DNA of 53,400 nucleotides from Vulcanimicrobiota bacterium (GTDB lineage Bacteria > Vulcanimicrobiota > Vulcanimicrobiia > Vulcanimicrobiales > Vulcanimicrobiaceae), in contig PLCF01000082.1 in NCBI GenBank assembly GCA_003135555.1, positions 1 to 53,400 on the forward strand, in the 5' to 3' direction. Under the pieces are notes generated by a model. That model did no database searches. It was not told where the DNA came from and worked only from the letters and a program-made list of their open reading frames with translations. The translations under genes and the position numbers were made by a program. Each line of letters begins with the position of its first letter. Positions within the stretch are counted from its first letter, which is position 1. Shown in pieces: positions 1-9,981 of the stretch.

Positions 1-858
1 AACTTCAAGAACATCTATCAGAGTGCGCGCATGAAGCCGCCGTTCGGCATCGCGCAGATCGGCAAGTCGTTCCGCAACGAGATCACGCCCGGAAATTTCA
101 CCTACCGCTTGCGCGAGTTCGAGCAAGCCGAGCTGGAGTTCTTCGTCCCCGACGACGGCCACGATCTGGAGTGGTTCGAACGCTGGGTCAACGCGCGCAA
201 GCAGTGGTACAGCGACTACGGCGTCAAGGCGGAGCGCCTGCGCTTCTACGAGCTCACGCCCCAAGAGCGGCCGTTTTACGCCAAGGCCGGGATCGACGTC
301 GAGTACCTCTTTCCGTGGGGCTGGGGCGAGCTGGAATCCATCGCGCACCGCGGCACCTACGACCTCGATCGCCACATCGAGTACTCGGGGAAGGATCTGC
401 AATTCTTCGACGAGGCCTCCAAGCAGAAGTACACGCCGATCCTCATCGAGTCGTCGGCCGGGATGGACCGTACGACCCTGACGATGCTCATCGACGCGTA
501 CGACAAAGAGACGATCGTCGAAGGCGACAAACGCACCGAACGGACGGTGTTGCGCTTCCATCCGAAGATCGCGCCGGTGCAGGCCGGCGTCTTTCCGTTG
601 GCTCGCAACAAGCCCGAGCTCGTCGAGCGGGCGCAGTCGATCGAAAGCGCCCTGCGCATGCAGTGTCGCACGCAGTACGACGAGGGAAACGTCGGTCAGC
701 TCTACCGCCGCCAGGACGAGATCGGTACGCCGTACTGCATCATGATCGACTATCAGACCCTCGACGACGCCACGGTCACCGTACGCGATCGCGACAGCAT
801 GCAGCAAGACCGCATCTCCCAGGACGCGCTGGGGGAGTATCTGCGCGCGCGGCTCTAG
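1..858 (+). CDS. glyQS: Glycine--tRNA ligase (alpha2 / GlyQS type), 5'-truncated by window edge
   Basis: Frame is open from base 1 (NFKNIYQSARMKPPFGIAQIGKSFRNEITPG). Class II motif 2 FRLREFEQAELEFF, ELESIAHRGTYDL, IESSAGMDR and anticodon-binding YRRQDEIGTPYC are present. Confidence 0.95.
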   Translation, partial: NFKNIYQSARMKPPFGIAQIGKSFRNEITPGNFTYRLREFEQAELEFFVPDDGHDLEWFERWVNARKQWYSDYGVKAERLRFYELTPQERPFYAKAGIDVEYLFPWGWGELESIAHRGTYDLDRHIEYSGKDLQFFDEASKQKYTPILIESSAGMDRTTLTMLIDAYDKETIVEGDKRTERTVLRFHPKIAPVQAGVFPLARNKPELVERAQSIESALRMQCRTQYDEGNVGQLYRRQDEIGTPYCIMIDYQTLDDATVTVRDRDSMQQDRISQDALGEYLRARL

Positions 859-887
859 CCCGCGGCGCTACTGCGCTGCCGCCCGTG

Positions 888-1226
888 TCAGGCGTCGGCC
901 AACGACCACAGGATCCCGTACGCGGCGAGCCCGAGCCATAGCGCCGCGAGCACGAACAGCGGCACGCGCCGGGCCGGCGCCGCGAACGCAGCCGCGCCGG
1001 CCAGCGCCGCGCCCCCACCCGGGGCCAGGATGTACAGCCCCAGGTACCACGCCTGGCGCAGCGGCAGCGGCGAGGTGTTCGTAACCCCGAGCCGCGCGAA
1101 GACGGCGTCGAAGGCGTGCCCGGGGGCGGCGATTCCGAGGGCCGCGAGGCCGTGGACCGCGACCGCCGTTGCGGCCGGTGCGACCAAGAGCGCGGCGAGC
1201 AGCGTCAAGCCGATGCGACGATCCAT
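888..1226 (-). CDS. Hypothetical membrane protein (112 aa, about 3 hydrophobic segments)
   Basis: ATG ORF filling the gap between glyQS and pbpC, with strongly hydrophobic helices. Confidence 0.6.
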   Translation of the reverse strand: MDRRIGLTLLAALLVAPAATAVAVHGLAALGIAAPGHAFDAVFARLGVTNTSPLPLRQAWYLGLYILAPGGGAALAGAAAFAAPARRVPLFVLAALWLGLAAYGILWSLADA

Positions 1227-1298
1227 GGGCCGCCCTTCGCGGCTGTCGGTCGGTATCCTTTGTCATACAAAGCTGCGCCCTGATACCGGCGTGCCTCC

Positions 1299-3521
1299 CT
1301 AGCGAATCGTGAACCCCGCGCGGTGGGTGCGCGGCAGCGGGTCGCCGACGGTGAACGTGACGGCATCGACGCGCCCGGCGTCGTGCGCACGCAGCGTCCA
1401 GCGGCCGCGCGCCAGCGGGAGCGTCCAACGTGCGTCGCGCGCCGCGAGCGCGCGGCCGTTGAGCTCCCACGTCGGACGTCGCGTACCGCGCGCGACGACC
1501 GCGATCCGCGCACCGGCGGCGGCGACGTAGACATCACCGTCGCGCGGCGCGACGATGCGCAACGCTTCGTGAGCGTGCGGCGGCTGGGCCGCGAGCCAAG
1601 CATCGTAGGTGCGGCCCAACGGCGCCGGCGGAGCTTGCCAGGCGACGAGGTCGCGCGCATCGAGCCACTCGCCGACCACGCTTGGGCAGTCGCGCGTCGG
1701 CCGCACCCCGGTGGTCGCGCAGATCGGCCGCCGCGCATATCCCGGCGGCGGCGCGAAGGCCGGCGGCGGGTCGCGCTCGGCTAGGTGCCGCACGATCCGG
1801 TTCCACAGCGGAGCCGCGCCGGTCACGCCGCTGACTCGCTGCATCGGCGCTCCGTTGAAGTTGCCGACCCACGTTGCGACGGTATAGTCGCGAGTGAAAC
1901 CGATCGTCCAGGTGTCGCGAAAGTCCGACGACGTGCCGGTTTTCACCGCGCTCGCGAACGGTGTGCGCAACAGCGACGCGACGCCGAACGCACGCGCCCG
2001 GGCGTGCGCATCGGCCAAGATGTCGGTGACCAGTGCCCATTCCGACGCAGCGCCGACGCGGTCGGCGGCCGGCGGCGCGCCCGCAGGGTCGGCCAGCGCG
2101 TGCACTCGCACGCGCCGCCCCGCGTTGGCGACGGCCGCGTATGCCCCGGCCAGCTCCTCGAGCGACACCTCGCCGTCGCCCAACGCCAGACCGAGCCCAT
2201 AGTGGTCGGCGTCGCGCGTGAGATGCGCGAATCCCAGCGCGCGCAACCGCTCGAGGAACGGCGCGACGCCGACCTCGCTGAGCACGCGCACCGCCGGGAC
2301 GTTGAGCGAGTCGGCGAGTGCGAGACGCGGACGCACCGGTCCCGCGAACCGCTCGCTGTAGTCGCCGGGGCTGTACGAGCGCAGCCCCGGCAGGGCGTAG
2401 GTGGTCGGCACGTCGGCCAAGATCGTCGTCGGGCGCACCACGCGCCGCTCGAAGGCGAGCTCGTACAGGAACGGCTTGAGCGTCGACCCCGGTTGGCGCA
2501 GCGCGGCGACGCCGTCGTTCTTCCCGGCCCCGGTGCGCGCGAAGTAGTCCGCCGATCCGACGTACGCGCGGATCGCGCCGTCGCGGTTGTCGATCACGAT
2601 CGCCGCCCCGTCCCGCACGCCGCGTTCGCTCAACCCGCCCACGACCTGCTGCGTCGCGTTCTCGGCGAAGGCTTGCAGCTCGCCGTCGATCGTGGTGCGC
2701 AAGCGTGTCGCGCTGGGCGCGGCGCTCCCGGCGAGCCGGAACAGCAGTTGCGCCGCGCCGCCGATCCCGTCGTTGCGCGGCTGCACGTCGACCCGCTCCG
2801 CCGCTGCGCGCGCCGCCTCGTCGGCGGCGACCGCACCGCCAGCGACCATTCGTGCGAGCACCAGCCTGCGCCGCGCTTCGAGTGCGTCGCGATGCGCGTA
2901 CGGATCGAGCCGTACCGGGTCGTTGGGCAGCGCGGCCAAGAACGCGGCGTGCGCGAGGTCGAGGTCGCGAGCAGGCGCGCCGAAGTACGTGCGGGCTCCG
3001 GCCTCCACCCCGACGAGGTCACCGCCCATCGGCACGCGGTTGACGTAGGCTTCGAGGATCGCGGCCTTCGGCGTTCCGGCCTCGATGCGGCGCGCGAGCA
3101 GCAGTTCCTCGAGCTTGCCCACGGGCGTTCGCGGCAAACCGAACCGCACCCGGGCCAGCTGCATGGTGATCGTCGAGCCGCCGCTGACCACGTGCCCGGT
3201 GCGCGCGAGCTGCCACGCCGCGCGCGCTAATGCGAGGGGATCGACGCCGTCGTGCGCTGCGAAACGCGCGTCCTCCGCGGCGACGATCGCCGCCAGAAAG
3301 CGTGGTGAGACCTGCGCGAGCGGGACGCGCACGGCGTGCTCGGTATCGCGCGCGAGGACGGTGCCCAGCTCGACGCCGGAGCGATCCTCGATGACGAGCG
3401 CGTTGGCCCCGCCGGCGAAGGCGCGCGGGCCGATCGGGCGGTTCGCGATCGCGAGCGCACTCAAGACGAGCGCGATGCCGGCCGCCGCGAGCCGCACGCG
3501 GTCGGCTTCGAAGCCGATCAT
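1299..3521 (-). CDS. pbpC: Penicillin-binding protein 1C (transglycosylase + transpeptidase + C-terminal BiPBP domain); start uncertain
   Basis: AEDARF..HDGVD, SGGSTITMQLAR, RQPGSTLKPFLY (SxxK), SLNVPAV (SxN), KTGTSSDFRDTW; adjacent to alpha-2-macroglobulin. Confidence 0.93.
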   Translation of the reverse strand: MIGFEADRVRLAAAGIALVLSALAIANRPIGPRAFAGGANALVIEDRSGVELGTVLARDTEHAVRVPLAQVSPRFLAAIVAAEDARFAAHDGVDPLALARAAWQLARTGHVVSGGSTITMQLARVRFGLPRTPVGKLEELLLARRIEAGTPKAAILEAYVNRVPMGGDLVGVEAGARTYFGAPARDLDLAHAAFLAALPNDPVRLDPYAHRDALEARRRLVLARMVAGGAVAADEAARAAAERVDVQPRNDGIGGAAQLLFRLAGSAAPSATRLRTTIDGELQAFAENATQQVVGGLSERGVRDGAAIVIDNRDGAIRAYVGSADYFARTGAGKNDGVAALRQPGSTLKPFLYELAFERRVVRPTTILADVPTTYALPGLRSYSPGDYSERFAGPVRPRLALADSLNVPAVRVLSEVGVAPFLERLRALGFAHLTRDADHYGLGLALGDGEVSLEELAGAYAAVANAGRRVRVHALADPAGAPPAADRVGAASEWALVTDILADAHARARAFGVASLLRTPFASAVKTGTSSDFRDTWTIGFTRDYTVATWVGNFNGAPMQRVSGVTGAAPLWNRIVRHLAERDPPPAFAPPPGYARRPICATTGVRPTRDCPSVVGEWLDARDLVAWQAPPAPLGRTYDAWLAAQPPHAHEALRIVAPRDGDVYVAAAGARIAVVARGTRRPTWELNGRALAARDARWTLPLARGRWTLRAHDAGRVDAVTFTVGDPLPRTHRAGFTIR

Positions 3522-3592
3522 ACCGGGCGCCTGCGCGGCGCCGCGCCGTCGGACAAGGGAGCACCTCCGCTCGGACGAAGATCGGGCGCAAC

Positions 3593-6500
3593 GTGATTAG
3601 GCATGCGCGCCGCGCAACAGCCTTCGCCACGCTGGCCGCCGCCCTCTTCGCGGCCGGTTGTGCTCCGCACGCTCCGACGCCGAAACGCGAGCCGCTGCCG
3701 GCCGTTTTGCCGCTGCCGGCGCCGCAAATGCAGGCCCCGATCGCTGCCGTCGCTCCGGTCGGCGACGTCGGCACGCTGGCGCAGATCCGCGTCGTCTTCA
3801 GCGCCGACCTGATCCCCCTCGAGCGACTGGAGTCGCCCGACGAGACCGCGTTGCTGGCCCATTTCTCGATCGCGCCGGCGTTGGCGGGGCACTTCCGCTT
3901 TCTGACCCCGCGCATGGTCGGTTTCGAAGCCGACCGCGCGTGGCCCGCGGCGACCCGCGTCCGCGTTACCGTCGCCAAAGGCTTGCGCGACCGGGGCGGT
4001 CGCACGCTCGCCGACGACCTGGCGTGGACGTTCCAAACCGATCCGATCAAGCTCGACGATTTGCCCGGCCGGTACGAGCACGATCAGATGCTCGATCTGG
4101 CGCCGAAGATCACGTTCACGTCCAACGTCGCGCTCGATCGCGCCTCGCTGGAGGCGCACGCCTCGCTGCGCCGTCACGGCGAGGGCGGTCCGGCGGTTCG
4201 GCTGGTCGTGCCGCCCGATACCGCCAAGGCGAGCGCCTCGCCCGGAGCGACGCCGCCGCCGGACCAGGAGTACGATCCGTCGCAGCAGGCTTGGCGCTAC
4301 GTGCTCGTTCCGGACGGTACGTTGGCCAAAGGCGCCCGTTACGACATCGCGATCGAACCGGGCCTCGTCGCGCGCGACGGCAATCTCCCGAGCGCTGTGG
4401 CCTTCACGGGCTCCTTCGTCACGCCGGGCGAGCTGCGCTTCGTGCGCGTCGGTCTGGTGAGCGGCGGGCGCTTCGCGAACGGCAACCCGCGGCTGATCTT
4501 CAGCACGCCGATCGATCCGAAGTCGCTCGGCGCGCTGGCGTTGGACCCGCCGGCGCCGCGCGGGACGACGCCGTTTGCCGCGACGTACAAGGACGTCGGG
4601 ATCAACGCATCGCTGCTGGCACCCAATACCGGCTACGCCGTCACGATCGGCGCCGATCTGCGCGACACCTACGGCCAACGCCTCGGCGCGCCGATGCGCG
4701 CGACCTTCCGCACCGGAGACCTGGCGCCCGACGTGTGGGCGCCGAGCGGGACGAATGTGTTCCCGGCGTCACGCGACGTGCGCCTCAACGTGGTCGCGGT
4801 GAACGCACCGGTCAATGTGCGCGCGATTTTCCGCCCGCTGCGCCCGGCCGACGTGGTGCAGTATCCCGACCTGTCCGGTGACACCGACCGCGGTGACGTG
4901 CTGCCGCCCTCGGCGGCGTGGCCGCCGTTCGACGTGCACGCGGCACGCAACGTCGAGCGCACCGTCGAGGTCCCGCTGCGCGCCAAGCTCGGCGCGCCGG
5001 GCGGCGTGCTGGGCTACGGGGTGACGGCGACGTACGGAAAGGATGCGCGGTTCGTGTCGTCCGGCGTCGTCCAACTGACCGATCTGGGTGCGTTCGCGCA
5101 ATGGTTCCCCGACGGCGGCTCGGTGCGCGTTCACCGCATCGCCGACGGCACGCCCGTCGCCGGCGCGAGCGTCGAGGTCTACCCGTCGCAAGCCGACGCG
5201 GAGACGAAGTCGGCGCCGGCCCTTTGCGCCACGGCCACCACCGACGCCGCGGGCGTCGCCGCGTTCCCGCGTTCGGCGTTCGGGCGCTGTGCGGCCTACG
5301 ACAAGGGCGAGGACAGCGCGCCCTCGTTCGTGACGATCGTGCGCCGCGGCGGCGACTGGACCTACGTCCGGACCGACTCGTCGAGCGGTGCCTATGCCGG
5401 CGACTTCTTCAACGGCTGGTCGTCGGCGAAGCCGCTCGCGCGCGGGATCATCTACTCGGACCGCGCGCTCTATCAGCCCGGCGAAACCGCCCAGTTGACC
5501 GCCGTCGGCTGGTTCCTCGTCGACGGCGTGCTCCGCCACGGCACCGCGCCGTCGTACGCGCTCACATTGAAGCTTCCCAGCGGCGAGAGCCGTGACTTGG
5601 GACGCCGTTCGCTCGACGCGTTCGGCAGCCTCTCGATCCCCGTCGCGCTGCCCAAGAACGCCGCGCTGGGATATTACTCGCTGCGCGCGTCGGCGGGCAA
5701 CGGCGAGACGATCGATGGTGACTTTCGGGTCGCCGAGTTCAAGCCCCCCAACTTCAAGGTCGATCTCGCGCTCGATCACGAGGTCGCCCCGCGCAGTGCG
5801 GTCGTCGCGGCGCGTGCCGTGAACGCGTACCTTTTCGGTGCGCCGCTCGCCGGTGCGTCCACGAAGTTCACCGTGACGCGCTCGCCGGCCGACTTCACAC
5901 CCAAGCGCCGCGAGTCGTTCACCTTCGGCCGCCATTGGTTCTGGCCCCAACAAGCGCCCGACGCGTCGACCGACGTCCTCGAGTCGACGGTCACCGTCGA
6001 TGCCGACGGCAGAAGCAGCGTCAGCGTTCCGGTCGCAGCCGACCTGCCGTTCCCGATGACGTATCGAGTCGACGCGGAGACGACCGACGCTTCGAACATC
6101 GCGGTCGCCGACTCGAAGTCGTTCACCGCGCTGCCGTCCGACACGCTGGTGGGCGTCAAGACCGACGACGTCGGGATCGCCGGCACGCCGCTCGCGGTCA
6201 GCGCGATCGCGACCGACCCGAGTGGTGCGGCGCGGTCGGGCACCAAGATCCACGTCGAGTTGCAGCTCGCGAGCTACGCGGACGCGACGCAGATCGTCGA
6301 AGGCGCCGAGCAAGCCCAGACAACCGTCACCTACGCGACCGTGGCGAGCGCCGACGCGACGAGCGCTGACGCGCCGGTGAGCGTCGCGCTCACGCCCCGC
6401 AAGCCCGGTTCGTATCGGTTGCGCGCCAACGTTGCGGGCGCCGCCGATGACGCCGGCGAGACCGATGCCGAAGTCTTCGTCGGCGGCAGCGGCGAAACGG

Positions 6501-9259
6501 TGTGGTTCGGGCGCGATCCGAACTCGCTGCGGCTCAAGCTCGACAAACCCACCTACAAGCCCGGCGACACGGCGACGGTGCTGGTGCAGTCACCCTTCCC
6601 GCACGCGGAGGTACACGTGGCGGTCGTCCGGCACGGCGTACTCTGGGAGACCACGCAACGCACCAGCAGCGCCGCGCCGACCGTGCGCTTCCGCGTCACG
6701 CCCGAGATGCTGCCCAACGCCGCCGTCGAGGCCTTCGCCGTACGGCGCGGCGCGCCGCCGTCCAAAGAGCTCGCCGACGGCGGCAATGCGCTCGCGCGCA
6801 CCGGGTTCGCCGCCTTCGGCGTCGCACTCGACGGGAAGTACATCACGGCGACGGCGAGGAGTGCATCCGCGGTGCTCGCGCCGGGCACCCGGCAAACCGT
6901 GCGCGTGCATTTGGCCGACGCGCAGCATCGTCCGCTGCAAGCGCAAGCGACCTTGATGGTGGTCAACGACGCGGTGTTGCGGCTGACCGGATACCGGCCG
7001 CCGGACCTGGTCAAAACGGTGTACGCCGAGCAACCGATCTCGACGCGCTACGCCGACAACCGCGCGGCCCTGGTGCTCAACACCCTGCGCCGGCCGCTCG
7101 AGAAGGGTTGGGGCTTCGGCGGCGGCCTGTCGGGAGAAGAAGCCGACCCGCGCGTGCGTCGCAAGTTCGAGGCGCTGGCCTACTTCGCCGGCGCGCTGCG
7201 CACCGACGCGCAAGGGAATGCCAGCGCGAGCTTCACCCTGCCCGACGATCTCACCACCTGGCGCGTCATGGTCGTCGGCGCGACCGCCGACGGCCGCTTC
7301 GGCAACGGCGAGTCGACGTTCCGCACGACCAAACCGCTCGTCGCGAACCCGGTCGTGCCGCAGTTCGCGCGGCCCGGCGACCGCTTCGACGCGGGCGTTT
7401 CGGTGACGAATGGAACCGGCGCCGGCGGAACGGTGCACATCGATGCGTCGCTGACGGGCCCGTTGGCGTTTCTCGTCAACGGAAAGCCCACCGCAACCAC
7501 GTCGCTCGATGCGCCGCTCGACCGCATCACCAAAGCCTACCGCTTCGCGGTGGTTGCGAGCGCAACCGGCGTCGCGACCGCGACGATGCGCGTGCGCGGG
7601 GCAGGGCGGGGCGATGCGTTCGCGATCCCCGTTCCCGTCCGCGACACCGACGTCACGGAATCCGTCGTGCAGACCGGCACCACCGGCGATCGCGCCGCGA
7701 TCGGGCTCGACGTCGCTTCCGGTACCCCGCGCGATGCGGGCGGAGTCGAGATTGCGCTCGCCTCGTCGTTGATCCCCGAGGTCACCGTGGCGGCGAACGA
7801 CGCGCTCAAGGGTGACGAGCGGCTGGCGATCTCCGCGGCGAGCCGCCTGTCGATCGCGGGCGACCTCGTGCTGCTCGCCAAGCGCACCGGCGCCGATGCG
7901 CGCACGGCGCGCGACCGCGCGCTGCTCGAGCTGGCGATCCTGCACGATCTGCAGCGCGCGGACGGCGGCTTCGCCCCGTACTGGCGCTCCGACACGTCGG
8001 ATCCCTGGGATTCGTTGCCCGCATTGGCCGCGCTGGGGCGCGCCGGCGAGGCCGGGATCCCCGTCGACTCAGCGATGCTCAGCGGCGCCCAGCGCTACGC
8101 GGCGAGCGTGCTCGCCGACCCGACGGCGCGCGCGAAATGGTGTCGCCAGGATCTCTGCAAGGCCCAGTTGCGTCTCTACGCGCTCGATGGGCTCGCGGCG
8201 ACCGGCGTTCGCCGTACGACCTTCTTGAGCGACATCGCGGCACAGGGCGACGCGCTCTCCTTTGCCGATCGCGCGCGGTTGGCGCGCCTCATGACGCCGG
8301 CGGCCGGGTATGGCGTGCAAGCTGCGGCGCTCACCAAGTCGATCGACGACCAACTCTACCTCACCGGTCGCGGCGGCGCGGTGAACCTGCCGGGTCGCTA
8401 CAGCTGGCTCGCCGACCGGGTCGTGGCGCAGGCGGAAGCGTTGCGCCTCGAGCTGGTGCGCAATGCCGACGGCGAAACGCTCGACCGGCTCACGCGCTCG
8501 CTGCTCGACATGCGCCGCAACGGTTCGTTCGGCTGTGCCTGCGAGAACGCCGCGGCGCTCGGTGCGATCGTCGAGGTGGCGCAACGCGAGCACCCCGCAA
8601 GCTTCACCGCGACGGCGACGCTGGCCGGCAAGTCCGTCGCCCGCGAGACGTTCAGCGGCGCTGCCGCGCCGCAGCGCAGCACCCGCATCGCGATGCGCGA
8701 TCTGCCCGGCGGCCGTAGCGGGCTCGCCCTGGCGAAGAACGGCTCCGGAACGCTGCACTACGCCGTGACGTACACGTATCGCCTCAGCGGCGCCGCGCCC
8801 GGCCGCCTGGCCGGCCTGCGCGTCACGCGCGTCATCCGCGAGGCGAACACCACCGCCGTGCTGGGCACCATGGGGCTCGCCGCGCCGGGCGCGGCGCTCG
8901 CGCTGCCCGCCGCGCACGTCTACGACATCGAGCTGCAGATCGTCAGCGACCACCCGGTCGAGCGCGTCGTCATCACCGACCCGCTTCCGGCCGGACTAGA
9001 AGCCGTCGACACGTCGTTCGCGACCACCTCGCCGGCGCTCCAGCTGCAGGCGGCGTCGTGGTCGATCGGCGATCAGCAGATTCGCGCCGACCGCATCGAA
9101 GCGTACGCCGATCAACTCGACGCCGGCGTCTATCGGCTGCACTATCTGGCGCGCACCGTCACGCCGGGGACGTTCGCTTGGCCGGGGGCGAACGCGCACC
9201 TCGTCGGCCGTCCCGACGAGTTCGGCCGCAGCGCAACCTCGGTTGTTGTGATCAAATAG
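3593..9259 (+). CDS. Bacterial alpha-2-macroglobulin family lipoprotein (1888 aa)
   Basis: Lipobox FAAG-C; SDRALYQPGE, FRVAEFKPPNF, LDKPTYKPGD, LPDDLTTWRVM, QRADGGFAPYW, DPLPAGLEAVD, YLARTVTPGTF. GTG start. Confidence 0.93.
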   Translation: MIRHARRATAFATLAAALFAAGCAPHAPTPKREPLPAVLPLPAPQMQAPIAAVAPVGDVGTLAQIRVVFSADLIPLERLESPDETALLAHFSIAPALAGHFRFLTPRMVGFEADRAWPAATRVRVTVAKGLRDRGGRTLADDLAWTFQTDPIKLDDLPGRYEHDQMLDLAPKITFTSNVALDRASLEAHASLRRHGEGGPAVRLVVPPDTAKASASPGATPPPDQEYDPSQQAWRYVLVPDGTLAKGARYDIAIEPGLVARDGNLPSAVAFTGSFVTPGELRFVRVGLVSGGRFANGNPRLIFSTPIDPKSLGALALDPPAPRGTTPFAATYKDVGINASLLAPNTGYAVTIGADLRDTYGQRLGAPMRATFRTGDLAPDVWAPSGTNVFPASRDVRLNVVAVNAPVNVRAIFRPLRPADVVQYPDLSGDTDRGDVLPPSAAWPPFDVHAARNVERTVEVPLRAKLGAPGGVLGYGVTATYGKDARFVSSGVVQLTDLGAFAQWFPDGGSVRVHRIADGTPVAGASVEVYPSQADAETKSAPALCATATTDAAGVAAFPRSAFGRCAAYDKGEDSAPSFVTIVRRGGDWTYVRTDSSSGAYAGDFFNGWSSAKPLARGIIYSDRALYQPGETAQLTAVGWFLVDGVLRHGTAPSYALTLKLPSGESRDLGRRSLDAFGSLSIPVALPKNAALGYYSLRASAGNGETIDGDFRVAEFKPPNFKVDLALDHEVAPRSAVVAARAVNAYLFGAPLAGASTKFTVTRSPADFTPKRRESFTFGRHWFWPQQAPDASTDVLESTVTVDADGRSSVSVPVAADLPFPMTYRVDAETTDASNIAVADSKSFTALPSDTLVGVKTDDVGIAGTPLAVSAIATDPSGAARSGTKIHVELQLASYADATQIVEGAEQAQTTVTYATVASADATSADAPVSVALTPRKPGSYRLRANVAGAADDAGETDAEVFVGGSGETVWFGRDPNSLRLKLDKPTYKPGDTATVLVQSPFPHAEVHVAVVRHGVLWETTQRTSSAAPTVRFRVTPEMLPNAAVEAFAVRRGAPPSKELADGGNALARTGFAAFGVALDGKYITATARSASAVLAPGTRQTVRVHLADAQHRPLQAQATLMVVNDAVLRLTGYRPPDLVKTVYAEQPISTRYADNRAALVLNTLRRPLEKGWGFGGGLSGEEADPRVRRKFEALAYFAGALRTDAQGNASASFTLPDDLTTWRVMVVGATADGRFGNGESTFRTTKPLVANPVVPQFARPGDRFDAGVSVTNGTGAGGTVHIDASLTGPLAFLVNGKPTATTSLDAPLDRITKAYRFAVVASATGVATATMRVRGAGRGDAFAIPVPVRDTDVTESVVQTGTTGDRAAIGLDVASGTPRDAGGVEIALASSLIPEVTVAANDALKGDERLAISAASRLSIAGDLVLLAKRTGADARTARDRALLELAILHDLQRADGGFAPYWRSDTSDPWDSLPALAALGRAGEAGIPVDSAMLSGAQRYAASVLADPTARAKWCRQDLCKAQLRLYALDGLAATGVRRTTFLSDIAAQGDALSFADRARLARLMTPAAGYGVQAAALTKSIDDQLYLTGRGGAVNLPGRYSWLADRVVAQAEALRLELVRNADGETLDRLTRSLLDMRRNGSFGCACENAAALGAIVEVAQREHPASFTATATLAGKSVARETFSGAAAPQRSTRIAMRDLPGGRSGLALAKNGSGTLHYAVTYTYRLSGAAPGRLAGLRVTRVIREANTTAVLGTMGLAAPGAALALPAAHVYDIELQIVSDHPVERVVITDPLPAGLEAVDTSFATTSPALQLQAASWSIGDQQIRADRIEAYADQLDAGVYRLHYLARTVTPGTFAWPGANAHLVGRPDEFGRSATSVVVIK

Positions 9260-9273
9260 GAACGCTGGTGGCC

Positions 9274-9338
9274 CATGCTTCGTCCTTCGACGGAGCTCAG
9301 GACGGCTCAGCATGACGATGATGCTCTGTCAGCATGAC
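9274..9338. repeat. REP-like palindromic element(s) between convergent genes
   Basis: catgcttcg-[tccttcgacggagctcaggacg]-gctcagcatgac. The 10-mer tcagcatgac occurs twice (9307, 9329). Confidence 0.5.
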
Positions 9339-9348
9339 AATGAACAGG

Positions 9349-9981
9349 TTAACGGATTAAGCCGCGGCGGTAGGCGGTGACGGCGGCGTGCGCGCGGTCG
9401 GAAGCGGAGAGCTTGGCCAAGATGTCGGCGACGTGACCTTTCACCGTGCCCAGGCTGATGTGAAGCTGCTCCGCGATCTCGGCGTTGCCGGTGCCGCCCG
9501 CGATCAGGGTGAGGATCTCGGTCTCGCGCGCCGACAGCGGCGACGGCTCGGGCTGCGCGGCGGAGCCCCCGAGGCGGCGCAATACGACGTGCGCGATCTT
9601 CGGATCGAAGTACGCGCCGCCGGCCGCGACGATGCGGACGGCGTCGATGACCACCGCCGGATCGGACGACTTGACGCAGTAGGCTTCGGCGCCGGCGGCG
9701 ATCGCAGCGAGGACCTCATCTCCGAGCTCGTGCATCGTGAGGATCACGATGCGCGGTGCGTTCGCGCGAGCCTTGAGCTCGCGGGTCAGCGCGATCCCGT
9801 CCTTTCCGGGCAGGCCGAGATCGACGACCGCAACGTCCGGCTGCGTCCGCACGATCGTGTCGAAGCCGCTGACGCCGTCCTGCGCCTCGGCGACGACGTC
9901 GATCCCCGCGGCTTCGAGCGACGCGCGCAGCCCCGCGCGAACGAGCGCGTGATCCTCGACCAAGACGACCCGCAGGCTCAC
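9349..9981 (-). CDS. NarL/LuxR-family DNA-binding response regulator
   Basis: REC domain (VVLVEDH, VVDLGLP, YCVKS) plus LuxR HTH LSARETEILTLIAGG..NAEIAEQLHISLGTVKGHV. Start overlaps the kinase stop. Confidence 0.95.
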   Translation of the reverse strand: MSLRVVLVEDHALVRAGLRASLEAAGIDVVAEAQDGVSGFDTIVRTQPDVAVVDLGLPGKDGIALTRELKARANAPRIVILTMHELGDEVLAAIAAGAEAYCVKSSDPAVVIDAVRIVAAGGAYFDPKIAHVVLRRLGGSAAQPEPSPLSARETEILTLIAGGTGNAEIAEQLHISLGTVKGHVADILAKLSASDRAHAAVTAYRRGLIR

